Shown one piece after another: positions 1-11,334 of a stretch of DNA of 64,000 bases. The notes under the pieces were generated by a model that ran no database searches, was not told where the DNA came from, and saw only the letters and a list, made by a program, of their open reading frames with translations. The stretch lies in NCBI RefSeq assembly GCF_006345805.1, contig NC_042998.1, positions 200,570,001 through 200,634,000 on the forward strand. The letters run 5' to 3'. The stretch comes from Octopus sinensis. Taxonomy: Eukaryota. The translations under genes and the position numbers were made by a program. Each line of letters starts with the position of its first letter. The first letter of the stretch is position 1.

Positions 1-557
1 GCTGTTCCTCTTCTACTTATCTTATCCAGCTTAGACGCCCTGAAAATATTAGTATATGTTGGCGTGCTACTGTCTAGGCTGTGAAAGTCTATTCAAACTC
101 GTTGTTGCAGCAGTAGTGATGGCAGATCTTCTACTGCCTCCTGATCAATCGTTTCGATATCACACCCAGTCATTTAATCTAAAGATTAAAAAGGACACTT
201 TATATGTTGACTCATGAATTTCTAATGAGTAGAGATGACAATGAACGAAATGGACAGGATGACAGTCAGCCAAAAGTTTCGCTATGCTGTATCACTTCTT
301 GCAACTCTTTGTGGGGTTAATAATCTTAATCTTTAGTTACAGTTTCCCATTCAAACTACATAATAGGCAGAATTGTCGGATTAAGATAATAGGGTGTTTT
401 GAGGGAGATTTGGCTGCTGTTTCATAAAGGTCGAGCTACCATGTAGAGGCCTTAACTTAATTTTCATTCATATATTTCCATTTCAAAAATTTAACATAAT
501 CTTTTCCATGAATCAACTATCGTAAAAATGTTATACCATGGCAAGTACGCAAGTACG

Positions 558-573
558 CACGCACACACACACA

Positions 574-624
<51 letters not shown>

Positions 625-635
625 TACACACACAC
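558..635. repeat. (CA)n microsatellite
   Basis: Nearly pure CA dinucleotide run. Confidence 0.95.
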
Positions 636-1043
636 GTCCATTTCGTATATTTTCTTTCAATTTCTGCTTTCTGCAAATAAAAGTTTTTACGGATACAACT
701 GCTTACAAAAATAGGGTTTAGAGTATAATTTCGTACTATGTTCATAATTAAATCAATGTTTTAATGATAAGACAGAGGTCCAATAGAATAGTTCTAAGAA
801 ACGTTCTTCACAACTCCTGAAGTTGTTTTCTGACAAAGGACGGAGAGTCAGGAAATGTTCATACAACTGGGGGCTCCAATCGAAACAGAGGACCCGAAAT
901 GATAAGGTTGAGAAACGCTGTTAAAGATTATGCCTAAACGAAAATGATCCCAACCACATCAACCAAGCAGACCGGCTGAAACTGGGCTTAGCTACTATTA
1001 TATATATAAATACATGCATACATACATATACATATACATATAG

Positions 1044-1103
<60 letters not shown>

Positions 1104-1107
<4 letters not shown>

Positions 1108-1335
1108 CTTTATTGCCCACAAGGGGCTAAACATAGAGGGTACAAACAAGGATAGACAAAGGGATTAAGTCGATTACATCAACCCCAGTGCGAAACTGGT
1201 ACTTTATTTATCGACCCCGAAAGGATGAAAGGTAAAGTCGACCTCGGCGGAATTTGAACTCAAAACGTAACGACAGACGAAATACCGCTAAGCATTTCAC
1301 CCGGCGCGCTAACGTGTCTGCCAGCTTGCCGCCTT
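1104..1335 (-). mobile_element. tRNA-derived SINE, family B (head GGCGGCGAGCTGGCAGAA), full length
   Basis: Reverse complement of the copies at 30177-30397 and 62954-63394; Pol III A-box-like TGGCAGA and B-box GAGTTCAAATTCC; tail TTTAGCCCCTTGTGGGCAATAAAGAAAT. Confidence 0.9.
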
Positions 1336-2269
1336 CAATATATATGAATGCATGTATGTATGTACACACGCACATGCACATGCCAAAACGTGTATGCCTA
1401 ATATGAGCTCTAGCATGCAGGTGTAAGTGTGTATAGCCAAGAATTAAATATCAGAGATACGGTTTGGATATTTCTTCTGAGTTATCGAACACAATGTTAT
1501 TTACGTAAAAAAATATAAGTCATGAAAATCGTAATTTTAAAGTTAGTTATATATTATATAACAAAACTACGAGAGCCGTGTATTATTTCAAATCTTAACT
1601 GAATAGGAGTTGCAGTCAAATTTTCTCCACTGTAGTACAATTATAGATGATTCCCCTCCCTCCCCAGAGGATTATATAGGTACTACTTTTTTTTTTCATT
1701 TTCATTTTGATAAAGATAATGAATGTAGTCGCAAAAGCTGCGAAATGAAAGACATTGTAACAGAACATAAATAACAACGAACAGTGAAAAAATGTCAAGA
1801 ATTTAAGGAAACAATAACTCGAGCAAGTAATTTACTTGAACTGATTATCATTAGTTGAAATATCGATAATATTGATTATTTTCATATGTTTCCTATTCGT
1901 GTGATACACTCAACTCTACCCTCCATTTTATTTTGACAATTTTTTTTTTACTACCATGAGACATTTTTTGTACTTTGTTTATATATTTACTATATTTTAA
2001 AACAATATTCTTAGGTTAGAAATATTTTTATTGTTTCTGTTGTTTAGCTACTTTTTGTGTCCTAATCGAGTAAATCCATGATGGAGAGCATTTCGGACAT
2101 TTCAATCCAGTTATTTTTACTCCGTTTGCCAGAAATGGAAAATCATATTCATGCAAGGTATTGGTGAGAAAATTTTAACCGCTCTTTCTAGCAACACGAA
2201 CGGCAACGTAAAAGTATCATTGCAGACGTGTGTTCTAATTGTCACAACTAACGTTGGTTAAGATGTTTT

Positions 2270-2809
2270 ATTATCTGCTTCATTATTGGAGCTGATGATC
2301 GTGGTGGTGGTGATGAGGGTGATATTGAGGACGATAGGAATGATGGTAATAAAAATGCTTGTGGTTTTTGCGATGATGCTAGCGTTGATTACGTTGCGGC
2401 TGATAGAGAAAAGAACTGGTACTGATAAAGATAATGTGTTAGGTGCTGATTGCGTTATTAGTGATGATGGTGACAATATTGTTTTTCAGCAACATCTAAG
2501 TTTCATTATGTGCGTTAATTAGTTTTGTGGTAGCACAGATTTACATGATTATTGTACAGTAAAAGTGTTTTTTTTTAATAAAAAAAATGTAAGTGGGAGA
2601 GAGAAAAAAAACAACAACTACAATCAACAAAACAACAAGGAGAATAACAAAGGTAAACACCACCACCACTACTACTACCACTATTACTATCACTGCTAGT
2701 ACTACCCCTAATACTACAACTATTCCCTCTACTGCTACCTACTATAATGAGTATAATGATTATGATTGAAGAAGGATGGTGATGATGATGATGAGGAGGA
2801 GGGGGATGC

Positions 2810-2862
<53 letters not shown>

Positions 2863-2870
2863 TTGATAAT
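2270..2870. repeat. Low-complexity trinucleotide region (GAT/TAC/CAC)n
   Basis: Degenerate and pure GAT, TAC and CAC triplet runs; accounts for the poly-H and poly-S ORFs in the track. Confidence 0.85.
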
Positions 2871-2874
2871 TCTT

Positions 2875-3055
2875 TTTAGTGGAAGCACAAGGCTTCAAAT
2901 TTGTGGGAAGAGATTAAGTTGATTACATCATCGACCCCGAAAGAATTAAAGGCAAAGTCGGCATCGGCAGAATTTGAACTCAGAACGTAGCAACGGGCGA
3001 AATACTGCTAAGCATTTCGTCCAGCGTTCTAACGATTCTGCCTGCTCACCGCCTT
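2875..3055 (-). mobile_element. SINE family B/C copy with internal deletion (a second fragment follows at about 3080-3185)
   Basis: TCGACCCCGAAAG...AATTTGAACTCAGAACGTAG...CCGCCTT matches the other SINE-B copies. Confidence 0.8.
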
Positions 3056-3439
3056 AACAACAGCAACAATAATAATCCATTCTACTATAAGCACCTTTCG
3101 GGTGTGGGGATAAATCGATTACATCTACCGCAGTGTTACAATGGTACTTCTTTTATCGACCCCGAAATAATACAAGGTAAAGATGCAGTACTAGATAGAC
3201 AATGGCTCTATCCGTCTATCCTATGCAATCGAGTTCTTACGGGAATAGGTGTGTTTATATGGGGAGTACTTTCGACAGATCTTGCTCAACTCTTCGTATA
3301 AAAACTACATTCTTTTGTTCATACTGAGGATGCCAATATGATGGGACTAGTTATTTTTTTAAGATTTCAGTTTCGATATCTTTCAACTTGGCCTCCCTAA
3401 ACTTCTGGTTCATGTTTGGTGCTTATTGTGTACATTGCC

Positions 3440-4110
3440 CTCTTTGAACCATATATAAATAATTGTATAAAGTAGCAGGGTGACAAATAGTAGGAATTAA
3501 GTGAACGTTGTGATTGAAGTCTGTATTGGTCGTAAAGACTAGGTCAAGTAATGTTATTTTTCCCTAGTTGGACAGGTAATGGCTTGTTAAACGAGGATAT
3601 ATCTAGCGGTATTTAGGAAAGCTTTCATATACCTCCTGCTTAGTTGTTTAGTTCCAGGCTGGATATAGCACTCCTGCCAGCTGAGAGTAGCAAAATCAAA
3701 GTCATCTGTTAGTAGTACAATGGCCTGTGAGCTGGCCTCACGTAAAGTTTGATTTGTGAATGACAAAGCATCCCTCAAGTAATCTCCATTGATGGCTGCA
3801 CGCACGAGGAGGATGGTAGATAATGCCTATTATCAAACTGAGATGTATCACATGCATTGTTAGTGTATCGTACACTGTGCTGGAGTAAGAGAGGAGGATA
3901 TTTGTTGTAGATGTTCACCGATAAAGCGCGTTATTCCTCCTTGCTTCCGCATTCCGTGGTCTGTTCTGCGTTGCATGTAACCTGACATATGTACTTCCAC
4001 GTCGAATATGCCTGGTGTCAGAAGTGTTTCACTTAGTGACACACATTATCTTCTCTCTGAAGGCAGTGTATCTGAGATGTCAGGCTTCTGTTCCACGTGT
4101 GAAGTATCAG
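3440..4110 (-). pseudogene. Degenerate apurinic-type endonuclease of a CR1/Jockey-group LINE ORF2
   Basis: Minus-strand peptides SETLLTPGIFDVEVHMSGY (ETWL motif), IIYHPP (YRPP motif) and IVLLTDDFDF (GDFN motif) occur in the expected order, with stops and frameshifts. Confidence 0.75.
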
Positions 4111-4123
4111 AGACCTTGTATGT

Positions 4124-4143
4124 TCTATCTATCTGTCTATCTA

Positions 4144-4225
<82 letters not shown>

Positions 4226-4275
4226 ATATCTATATATCTATCTACCTATGTATATATCTATCTCCTATCTATCTA
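4124..4275. repeat. (TCTA)n microsatellite
   Basis: Direct inspection. Confidence 0.95.
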
Positions 4276-4285
4276 TATACATATA

Positions 4286-4682
4286 GGAGTGGCTGTGTGG
4301 TAAGTAGCTTGCTTACCAACCACATGGTTCCGGGTTCAGTCCCACTGCGTGGCATCTTGGGCAAGTGTCTTCTGCTATAGCCCCGGGCCGACCAATGCCT
4401 TGTGAGTGGATTTGGTAGACGGAAACTGAAAGAAGCCTGTCGTATATATGTATATATATATATGTGTGTGTATGTGTGTGTGTATGTCTGTGTTTGTCCC
4501 CCTAGCATTGCTTGACAACCGATGCTGGTGTGTTTACGTCCCCGTCACATAGCGGTTCGGCAAAAAATAGACCGATAGAATAAGTACTGGGCTTACAAAG
4601 AATAAGTCCCGGGGTCGACTTTTCCGACTAAAGGCGGTGCTCCAGCATGGCCACAGTCAAATGACTGAAACAAGTAAAAGAA
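4286..4682 (+). mobile_element. tRNA-derived SINE, family A (CORE-like centre, internal TA/TG microsatellite), full length
   Basis: A-box-like TGGCTGTGTGG, B-box-like GGTTCAGTCCC, CORE-like CTTGGGCAAGTGTCTT, tail AAATGACTGAAACAAGTAAAAG; repeated at 10860, 21709, 52908 and 59793. Confidence 0.9.
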
Positions 4683-4744
4683 CAGAAAAAAAGAATATAT
4701 ATATACCTATCTGTCTGGCTGTCTATTTATATCTATCTATCTAC

Positions 4745-4942
4745 CGTTAGCGATTTTTTTCCTCCGTCTTCCATTCTCTGGATCTTTCCTTTTCCTATGT
4801 TTCTGACGAAGAGCTCCGCTCGAAACGTTAAACCCTCCTTCTTCCCTTCCTTCCTGAGTATCCTATAATACTATATTTGTTCCACGTCCTCGCGTTGTTG
4901 TGTTGTGTTTTCTCTTTGTGTTTTCATGTTTAGATTAACTTT
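4745..4942 (+). mobile_element. Penelope-like terminal repeat (pseudo-LTR) fragment with a minimal hammerhead core
   Basis: Contains GTTT-CTGACGA-A-GAGC-TCC-GCTC-GAAA-CGTT-AAAC; related copies at 57930-58076 and 58777-58968; followed by (TA)n. The Penelope assignment is inferred from the hammerhead-type motif. Confidence 0.6.
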
Positions 4943-6248
4943 ATATATATATATATATATACATATATATATCAATCTACCTATCTATTTACATATCGAT
5001 CGATCGAAAGAGTAAAGTAAATGAAAATATAGGTATGTACGAATACTAATACACATATATACACAAGTGTGTGTGTGTGCTTCTTTGTTAGATAGATAGG
5101 AAAAGTAAAGAATGATAGACGTATTGAGCAAAATATATTTGCGAGCATAATTAAAATAGCTTCTTTCCTTTTTTTCAGCTTCTTGAGAATTTTCAGCTAT
5201 CTACTGACTTTACACACATATTAGCTTTAACTGAAATGCACAGACAGAAAGTAACACGAATTTGCTGCTTCATTTAGGTGCTGTGACACGGAGAGTTGTG
5301 ATCTAACATCTCGGTGTTGTACAGTTAATGATTCAGACACAAATACACTTCTTAGAAAATTATTTCCCAAACTATAGATAATATTAGTTAGTTGCATGCA
5401 TTCCATGTGTTATAAGGAGGCAATTAGTTTATTAGAAATGACTAATGATCGCACCGCCAAACGAATTACATCGTAATTAGGTATAAACTTAAAACGTTCT
5501 AAAAGTTTGAAAGACGATATGTTAATTATTAATGGGAAGCATTCCTAAATAGTTAATGCACAAGCATTATGGCAAGCCAGCGCCATATTATAGTGGTAAA
5601 TACTGCTGAACTGAGGAATAATTTGAGTTTAGACTAAAAATTTGAGACATAATTAATTGCTACATTTGGTTTGGAAATAACATTGATAGAGGAGAAGTAA
5701 ACTATACCTTCCCATTTCACCCACCCTCACTTAATAGCTTTACAACGTTTTCATAAATGTCAGTATCTACGATATGCATATATGTATGTTTGTATGTATG
5801 AATGAGTATATGCCCGTATATGTACCTAGTGAGAGAGAGGTGGAGAGAGAGAGAGAGAGAGAAAGAGATTTATATACTTGTATTATAACCACATATCTGT
5901 GTATTTATATATATATAAATACATATATCTATGCATCAAGTTATGTGTGTGCTGTATGTGTGGTTTTATATGTGCGTTACTCTCTGTCAGACAAAATACA
6001 AAACGACAATGAAAAAAATCTGTACCAAGCAGATTTGAATTCTAGGAATATGTTTATATCATACCAGCAGTCTTACATTAGGAAATGTAGCTTTAATTTT
6101 TAGTATAAGTGAGACAAATGTTACACACCTGTACCGTTTTGGGTCATTAGTAAATTTGATGAAAGCAACTAGCGGATGAACAACGAGAAGAAAACCGATA
6201 CACAAGGAATGCAAATATATTTCTTCCAGCTTTTACATTCATACAATC

Positions 6249-6890
6249 ACGAGGGGAACTGAAAAATTATCCGAACTTTTCCCATGCCATCTTTATTACT
6301 GTCACAGTGCCCTCTACGCATGCGTGCTTATAGTTGGTAGTATTGTGGTCACGTGATCGAAGTTTGAGCCACGCCGTTTTTCGTTCTGGCCGCTCCACTA
6401 GCAATGTGTACCAAAGAAGAACAAATAGCAGTGATCCGATTTCTCTGGTCGGAAGGTGTGTCAGGTGTTGAAATTCATTGGAAGCTTTTAGCACAGAACT
6501 GGGAGAGGGCACTACTGGGTACAGGTGTATATGAAAGGATCGAGATGTTTAGAAGTGGCCAGACAAGCGTGACGCACGAAGAGAGAGAGCAGGACGTCCG
6601 TCAACCTCCACCACTGACGAGAAGATTCAGCAAGCTCGAGAGATGGTAATGGTGAACCGGTTCACTCTTACCATCTCTCGGATCACTGCTCTTTGTTCTT
6701 TGGTGCACATTGCTAGTGCAGCGGCCATGCTTACACTGTAAAGCCAGAAAGAAAAATGGAGTGATCAGGCTCAAACTTCGATCACGTGACCACAATAGAA
6801 CCGATTAAAAGCACGCATCCATAGAAGGCAGTGTGGCAATATTACGTTATGTGGTAGTGAAAGTACGGATAATTTTTTAGTTCCCCTCAT
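6249..6890 (+). mobile_element. Non-autonomous mariner derivative built as a fold-back (two left ends); extra end copy at about 6921-6968
   Basis: Termini ACGAGGGGAACTGAAAAATTATCCG / CGGATAATTTTTTAGTTCCCCTCAT; ORF 6404-6649 MCTKEEQIAVIRFLWSEGVSGVEIH...FRSGQTSVTHEER resembles the mariner transposase N-terminal HTH. Confidence 0.85.
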
Positions 6891-7349
6891 TTTTGTCACA
6901 GAATGCAATGTGATGATAATAAAGATATGTTATGGTGAAAGTGCGGATAATTTTTGATTTCTCCTCGTTTTCATTGCTTTCTGATTTACATTTTTTCATT
7001 TCTTTCATGAAGTAGTAATATTTTGAATTTTATTTCTATTTTCTTTCATTTTATCTTGTGTTTAGTGTTGACCAAGATTATAGTGTTCAACCTAATTCTT
7101 GGAGTTCATAGTTTGACCATAATAGTAGACTAATGACCTGAGTGTAAACACTTCAACTACCTCCAAAAATATCCAGTGATTGTTCTTATTCCTGATGCTT
7201 TCTCATATACGATTTGGAAACTTCTACAAATAATTGGCTTAACGCGTGAATTTCAGTATCTATTTAGTTGATTATTGTGATTTAGAGTAATTTAACTTTG
7301 TGCAACGAAGAGTAACAAATCCAATGGAGTATTTTCTTAGCTTGTTAGT

Positions 7350-8430
7350 GTTTTGCTTTTCAGGCAACTTGAAATAGTGCTTTAGGCGATTCGATTGGAG
7401 TGCTTTTAGGAATGCTATCCATTTGGAGTCAGTTTTTACTTGTTTGCAGAACAAGGAATGAAGACTGTTGAAGAGGGGAATATTTTGCTAAGACTGGTGA
7501 GTTATGCGTTTGTGTTGGCAAAAAATGTTTATGCTGGTTATATGTATTGATATCGGTCTCGAAAATATTGCGTAAACTTTGGTGTTTTTTGTTTTCTTTC
7601 GTACATAAATCAATTCCATGCACTTGCATTTCCTTTCATCAGAGAATCCAGAAGCGTATGAAGTTATAGAAGGCAGCATGTCCCTGGTAGGAAATAGATA
7701 GTGATGGTAATTGTAACATAAGATATCTTATATTTATATATTCCACGTTGATAATTTTCTCTTGAGTTCTAGCATTTCTCCTGTGATGCAGTGTTCTATA
7801 GTTATTCGAGTATAAAATGAAGCGTGTTTTTGTAATGCCAGCTTTATCGAATTTGTTGTGTTGTATCCATTGTAATCTTGAATTTCAGTAGCCTTCTGCT
7901 GCGGTTGCAGTTTTGTAGCTTGTGTCGTAGTTTAATGCTGACTGAAAGTATGCAAAAATGTTTAGTTACGTCTTGTTAGTGTTAGGCTTTTAATGTTCTC
8001 TTCCAGTAAATTCAGTTCTTATGGTTACTTTGCATGTGAACAAAGATGTCGATTTTCTCTGGTATTATTTGAATTTTCTGTGAAATTGTTATTTAATTTC
8101 ATATAATCCCTGTCAACCTACAAGCCATGCGTAATGATGTACTATGCGAAGCAAGGGCAGTGTTACACCTGAACATTTTAATAAAATACACTTATATACG
8201 TCACAATTTTTTGAATAATTTGTTGTGTTGTTGCATGAACTGTGATCTTTTTCTATTGCGGATTTCAGTCTCAGAGATTTCATCAGGCTTGCACTTAATA
8301 AGTTGGGCATTGAAATTTTTCTTCATATTTGGTGTAGAGCTGATTTTCGAATTGATCTCTTGAAATTTTCATCATCATACATGAGTACTTCTTGGCTTGG
8401 CAATCCGTCGCATTTATACATTTTGGTTTT
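7350..8430 (-). pseudogene. Highly degenerate RTE-group LINE reverse-transcriptase C-terminal fragment
   Basis: Minus-strand peptides VLMYDDENF (possible YADD), IKLALQKHASFYTRITIEHCITGEMLELKRKL and DMLPSITS are collinear with RTE ORF ends; many stops. Confidence 0.4.
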
Positions 8431-8440
8431 AGAAAATTTC

Positions 8441-8469
8441 ATCTATCTATCTATCTATCTATCTATCTA

Positions 8470-8506
<37 letters not shown>

Positions 8507-8529
8507 CTATCTATCTATCTATCTATCTA
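8441..8529. repeat. (TCTA)n microsatellite, 5' flank of the Tx1 element
   Basis: Direct inspection. Confidence 0.95.
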
Positions 8530-9614
8530 GGAAACTGTCCCTAAAAGGTCGGGCGGAGGTGGCGAACACGTACATCGCGTCCATCATCTACAACCACCTG
8601 ACCGTCGTACCTTGTCCCGACCTTACCATCACCAAACTACAACGCATTTTCTTCCGCTTCTTGTGGAAAGGATGCGTCCCGATGGTCAGGCGATCCATTT
8701 GCTGTCAACAACCGTTAAAAGCAAGGCTGGGCATGCCGTGGTTGATGATGCGCAGACACGCGCTGAGACTGCGACATCTCCGGCTCTATGTAGACGACGG
8801 TGAACAGGTGTGGTCGCCGTTTGTGAGGCACGCGTTCCCGCAGCTCGTCTCCATGACCGAACTGCAGTCGAGGATCAAAAAGAGGCCGAGGAAGGGCGAA
8901 TGGCACCGCGAGTGTCGCGTTGCTCTCAAGCAACTCTGCCGTCCCGGGTCGACCTTGAGTGACTTCAACACAACCAAAGCATTCTATAGGGGATTAGTGG
9001 AGGGGAGGTACGACGACGATCTTGGGGCAAACCTGGGCGTCGACGAGGAATACCTGACCCGCCTGTTTGAAACGACTTTTGGGCCGGGACCTATGGACAA
9101 CTTCCAGAGATCCCTGTTCTGGCGGTGCTACCGAGTAGCGCTACCCGTTCGGGATAAGCTCTATAGGCATGGCTCGAGAAACACGGGGCCGACCTGCCCG
9201 AGATGCGGACAGAGCGACGAAACCGCTCTGCATGCAATCGTGCAGTGCCCAGCAATTTCCGACCTGTGGGCTTATGTCGAACGGCTGCTGTCACATGTGG
9301 GACGTGTCGGTTTATCAGCCGAGTCTATCGTTAATATCGTCACGCCTCCTTCTTTCAAACGGGAAGGAAGAGCTATTTTTATCATACTTGTGGCTATGGC
9401 GAAAGAATGTATCTGGTGGACGCGCCTGAAAGGATTAGAGATAAACCCTTTCCTCTCTGGTCAATCTCTCATCAACTTCTTCAAGTATCACTTGAAGAGG
9501 AAAGTGAGAGTAGAGAGGCAAGTTTTGTCTAGTGAATGTTTTAAAAAAATATGGGTGAATATAGCAAGGATGGCACGTATGAATGACGAAGCCGCCTTGA
9601 CTATGATTCTATGA
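8529..9614 (+). CDS. Uninterrupted C-terminal ~360 codons of Tx1/L1-type ORF2 (no start; remnant of a truncated insertion)
   Basis: ORF track 8559-9614; FFRFLWKG, LGMP and zf-RVT-like CxxC..ET..H...C motifs; GC-rich against the AT-rich flanks. Confidence 0.8.
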   Translation, partial: RKLSLKGRAEVANTYIASIIYNHLTVVPCPDLTITKLQRIFFRFLWKGCVPMVRRSICCQQPLKARLGMPWLMMRRHALRLRHLRLYVDDGEQVWSPFVRHAFPQLVSMTELQSRIKKRPRKGEWHRECRVALKQLCRPGSTLSDFNTTKAFYRGLVEGRYDDDLGANLGVDEEYLTRLFETTFGPGPMDNFQRSLFWRCYRVALPVRDKLYRHGSRNTGPTCPRCGQSDETALHAIVQCPAISDLWAYVERLLSHVGRVGLSAESIVNIVTPPSFKREGRAIFIILVAMAKECIWWTRLKGLEINPFLSGQSLINFFKYHLKRKVRVERQVLSSECFKKIWVNIARMARMNDEAALTMIL

Positions 9615-9968
9615 ACCGTAAAAATTAATACAGAGAGTTGCTTATTTGCAAAAGAAAAAAAAAGAAATATAACATGTGACTTCATTGACCGAGGTTACCG
9701 TGGTCTTTTCCGTAGGCTTTTCGTTCCACGGGTAAACCTCACCTGTCCTCCCCTTTACAATTCATATTAACATTTCTGAGATAACGATCCCTACTGATCA
9801 ACCCCCCCCCCTTTTTTAATTTCATTCCCCCCTTTTTGGGCTTCTTTCTTTCCCTTTACGATCCCTTTTGATCGAAAACCAAACCCCCTTTTTTTTACCC
9901 CCAAAAGAAAAGCTCTACCTTGTAATTTGTCCTGTCTGTGTGCAGCCCTGTGTGGCTAATAAAGAAAC
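8530..9968 (+). mobile_element. 5'-truncated Tx1-clade (L1 group) non-LTR retrotransposon
   Basis: Open frame from 8529 (RKLSLKGRAEVANTY...) to 9614 carries the post-RT region and the CCHC knuckle CPRCGQSDETALHAIVQC; C/T-rich 3' UTR ends GGCTAATAAAGAAAC; (TCTA)n on both sides. Confidence 0.85.
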
Positions 9969-10160
9969 ATATCTATCTATCTATCTATATATCTATCTAT
10001 CTATCTATCTGTCTCGCTGGCTATCTATTTATTATTTATCTATCTCTCTTTCAATCTACCAACCGACCTAGTTACCTACCTACCTACCTACCTACCTAAC
10101 AGCCTGTATGTCTGTCTGTCTGTCTATCTATCCATCTATCTTTCTAACTGTCTGTCTATA
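9969..10160. repeat. Compound (TCTA)/(TACC)/(TGTC) microsatellite
   Basis: Direct inspection. Confidence 0.9.
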
Positions 10161-10859
10161 TATACATGTACGTATATATGTTTCTATACAGGTATATATG
10201 CATGTTCCAACGTATGTATGGGCTTACTAACATAACAGGACATGTGCACTAACGGTCTGTATATCACGTAGCTTATATTTTGCCGTGTGAGGATGCGTCT
10301 TTTCGTCCCGTATGTCTGATCACAAAACAACATGCAAATATAGGGAGAAAGAATACATACAAATATACACATCTCTATAGTAACAGCATAGATATCCACC
10401 ATGCCCTAGAAATTACATAAAGACGGCTCCGTCCTTAATTCAGCCAAATACTATCGTGACTCAAATGAATTAAGCGCTATTAAACGTGAAACTTATGAAA
10501 CCCTTCTGCACCCGGACAGTATAGAATACTTTAAACAAACACCAAACAACCAACCGAACAGCAAATATATAAGTTAATGCCGGAATACATATATTATTGA
10601 CTGATCTACCAAGATATCGAACACATCCTCCCCCATAACAGCATACTCTCTTGAGACAAGAAGAACACATTTGGTAAAGTAAACTTGGACATAGTACTAG
10701 ATCATGTTGGAGAATCGTGACTGGAAAACTTTTGACTATGTCTACTAAATCAGAGATGACTTTGGGGCTACCCGATAAAACGTATACACATTACATACAA
10801 AACACAATACAGTACCTTCAAAGAAGCGAATTAATGCAATGCATGCAAAATCAATACTA

Positions 10860-11026
10860 GGCTCAGGAGTGGCTGTGTGGTAAATAGCTTGCTAACCAAC
10901 CACATGGTTCCGGGTTCAGTCCCACTGCGTGGCATCTTGCGCAAGTGTCTTCTGCTATAGCCCCGGGCCGACCAATGCCTTGTGAGTGGATTTGGTAGAT
11001 GGAAACTGAAAGAAGCCTGTCGTATA

Positions 11027-11089
<63 letters not shown>

Positions 11090-11334
11090 TATATTATATA
11101 TATATAAGTGTGTGTGTATATGTTTGTGTGTCTGTGTTTGTCCCCCTAGCATTGCTTGACAACCAATGCTAGTGTGTTTACGTCCCCGTCACATAGCGGT
11201 TCGGCAAAAGAGACCGATAGAATAAGTACTGGGCTTACAAATAATAAGTCCCGGCGTCGATTTGCTCGACTAAAGGCGGTGCTCCAGCATGGCCGCAGTC
11301 AAATGACTGAAACAAGTAAAAGAGTAAAAGAGTA
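10860..11334 (+). mobile_element. SINE family A, full length, with expanded internal (TA)n
   Basis: Near-identical to 4286-4682 outside the internal microsatellite; tail (AAAGAGT)n. Confidence 0.92.

Noticed and set aside
2133-2157. Possible 25-nt micro-exon (pyrimidine tract-CAG | AAATGGAAAATCATATTCATGCAAG | GTATTG)
   Set aside because: Such splice-like pairs are expected by chance in 64 kb; no partner exons or recognisable peptide.
4286-4345. tRNA-like A and B boxes at SINE heads
   Set aside because: No complete cloverleaf; they are the Pol III promoters of SINEs.
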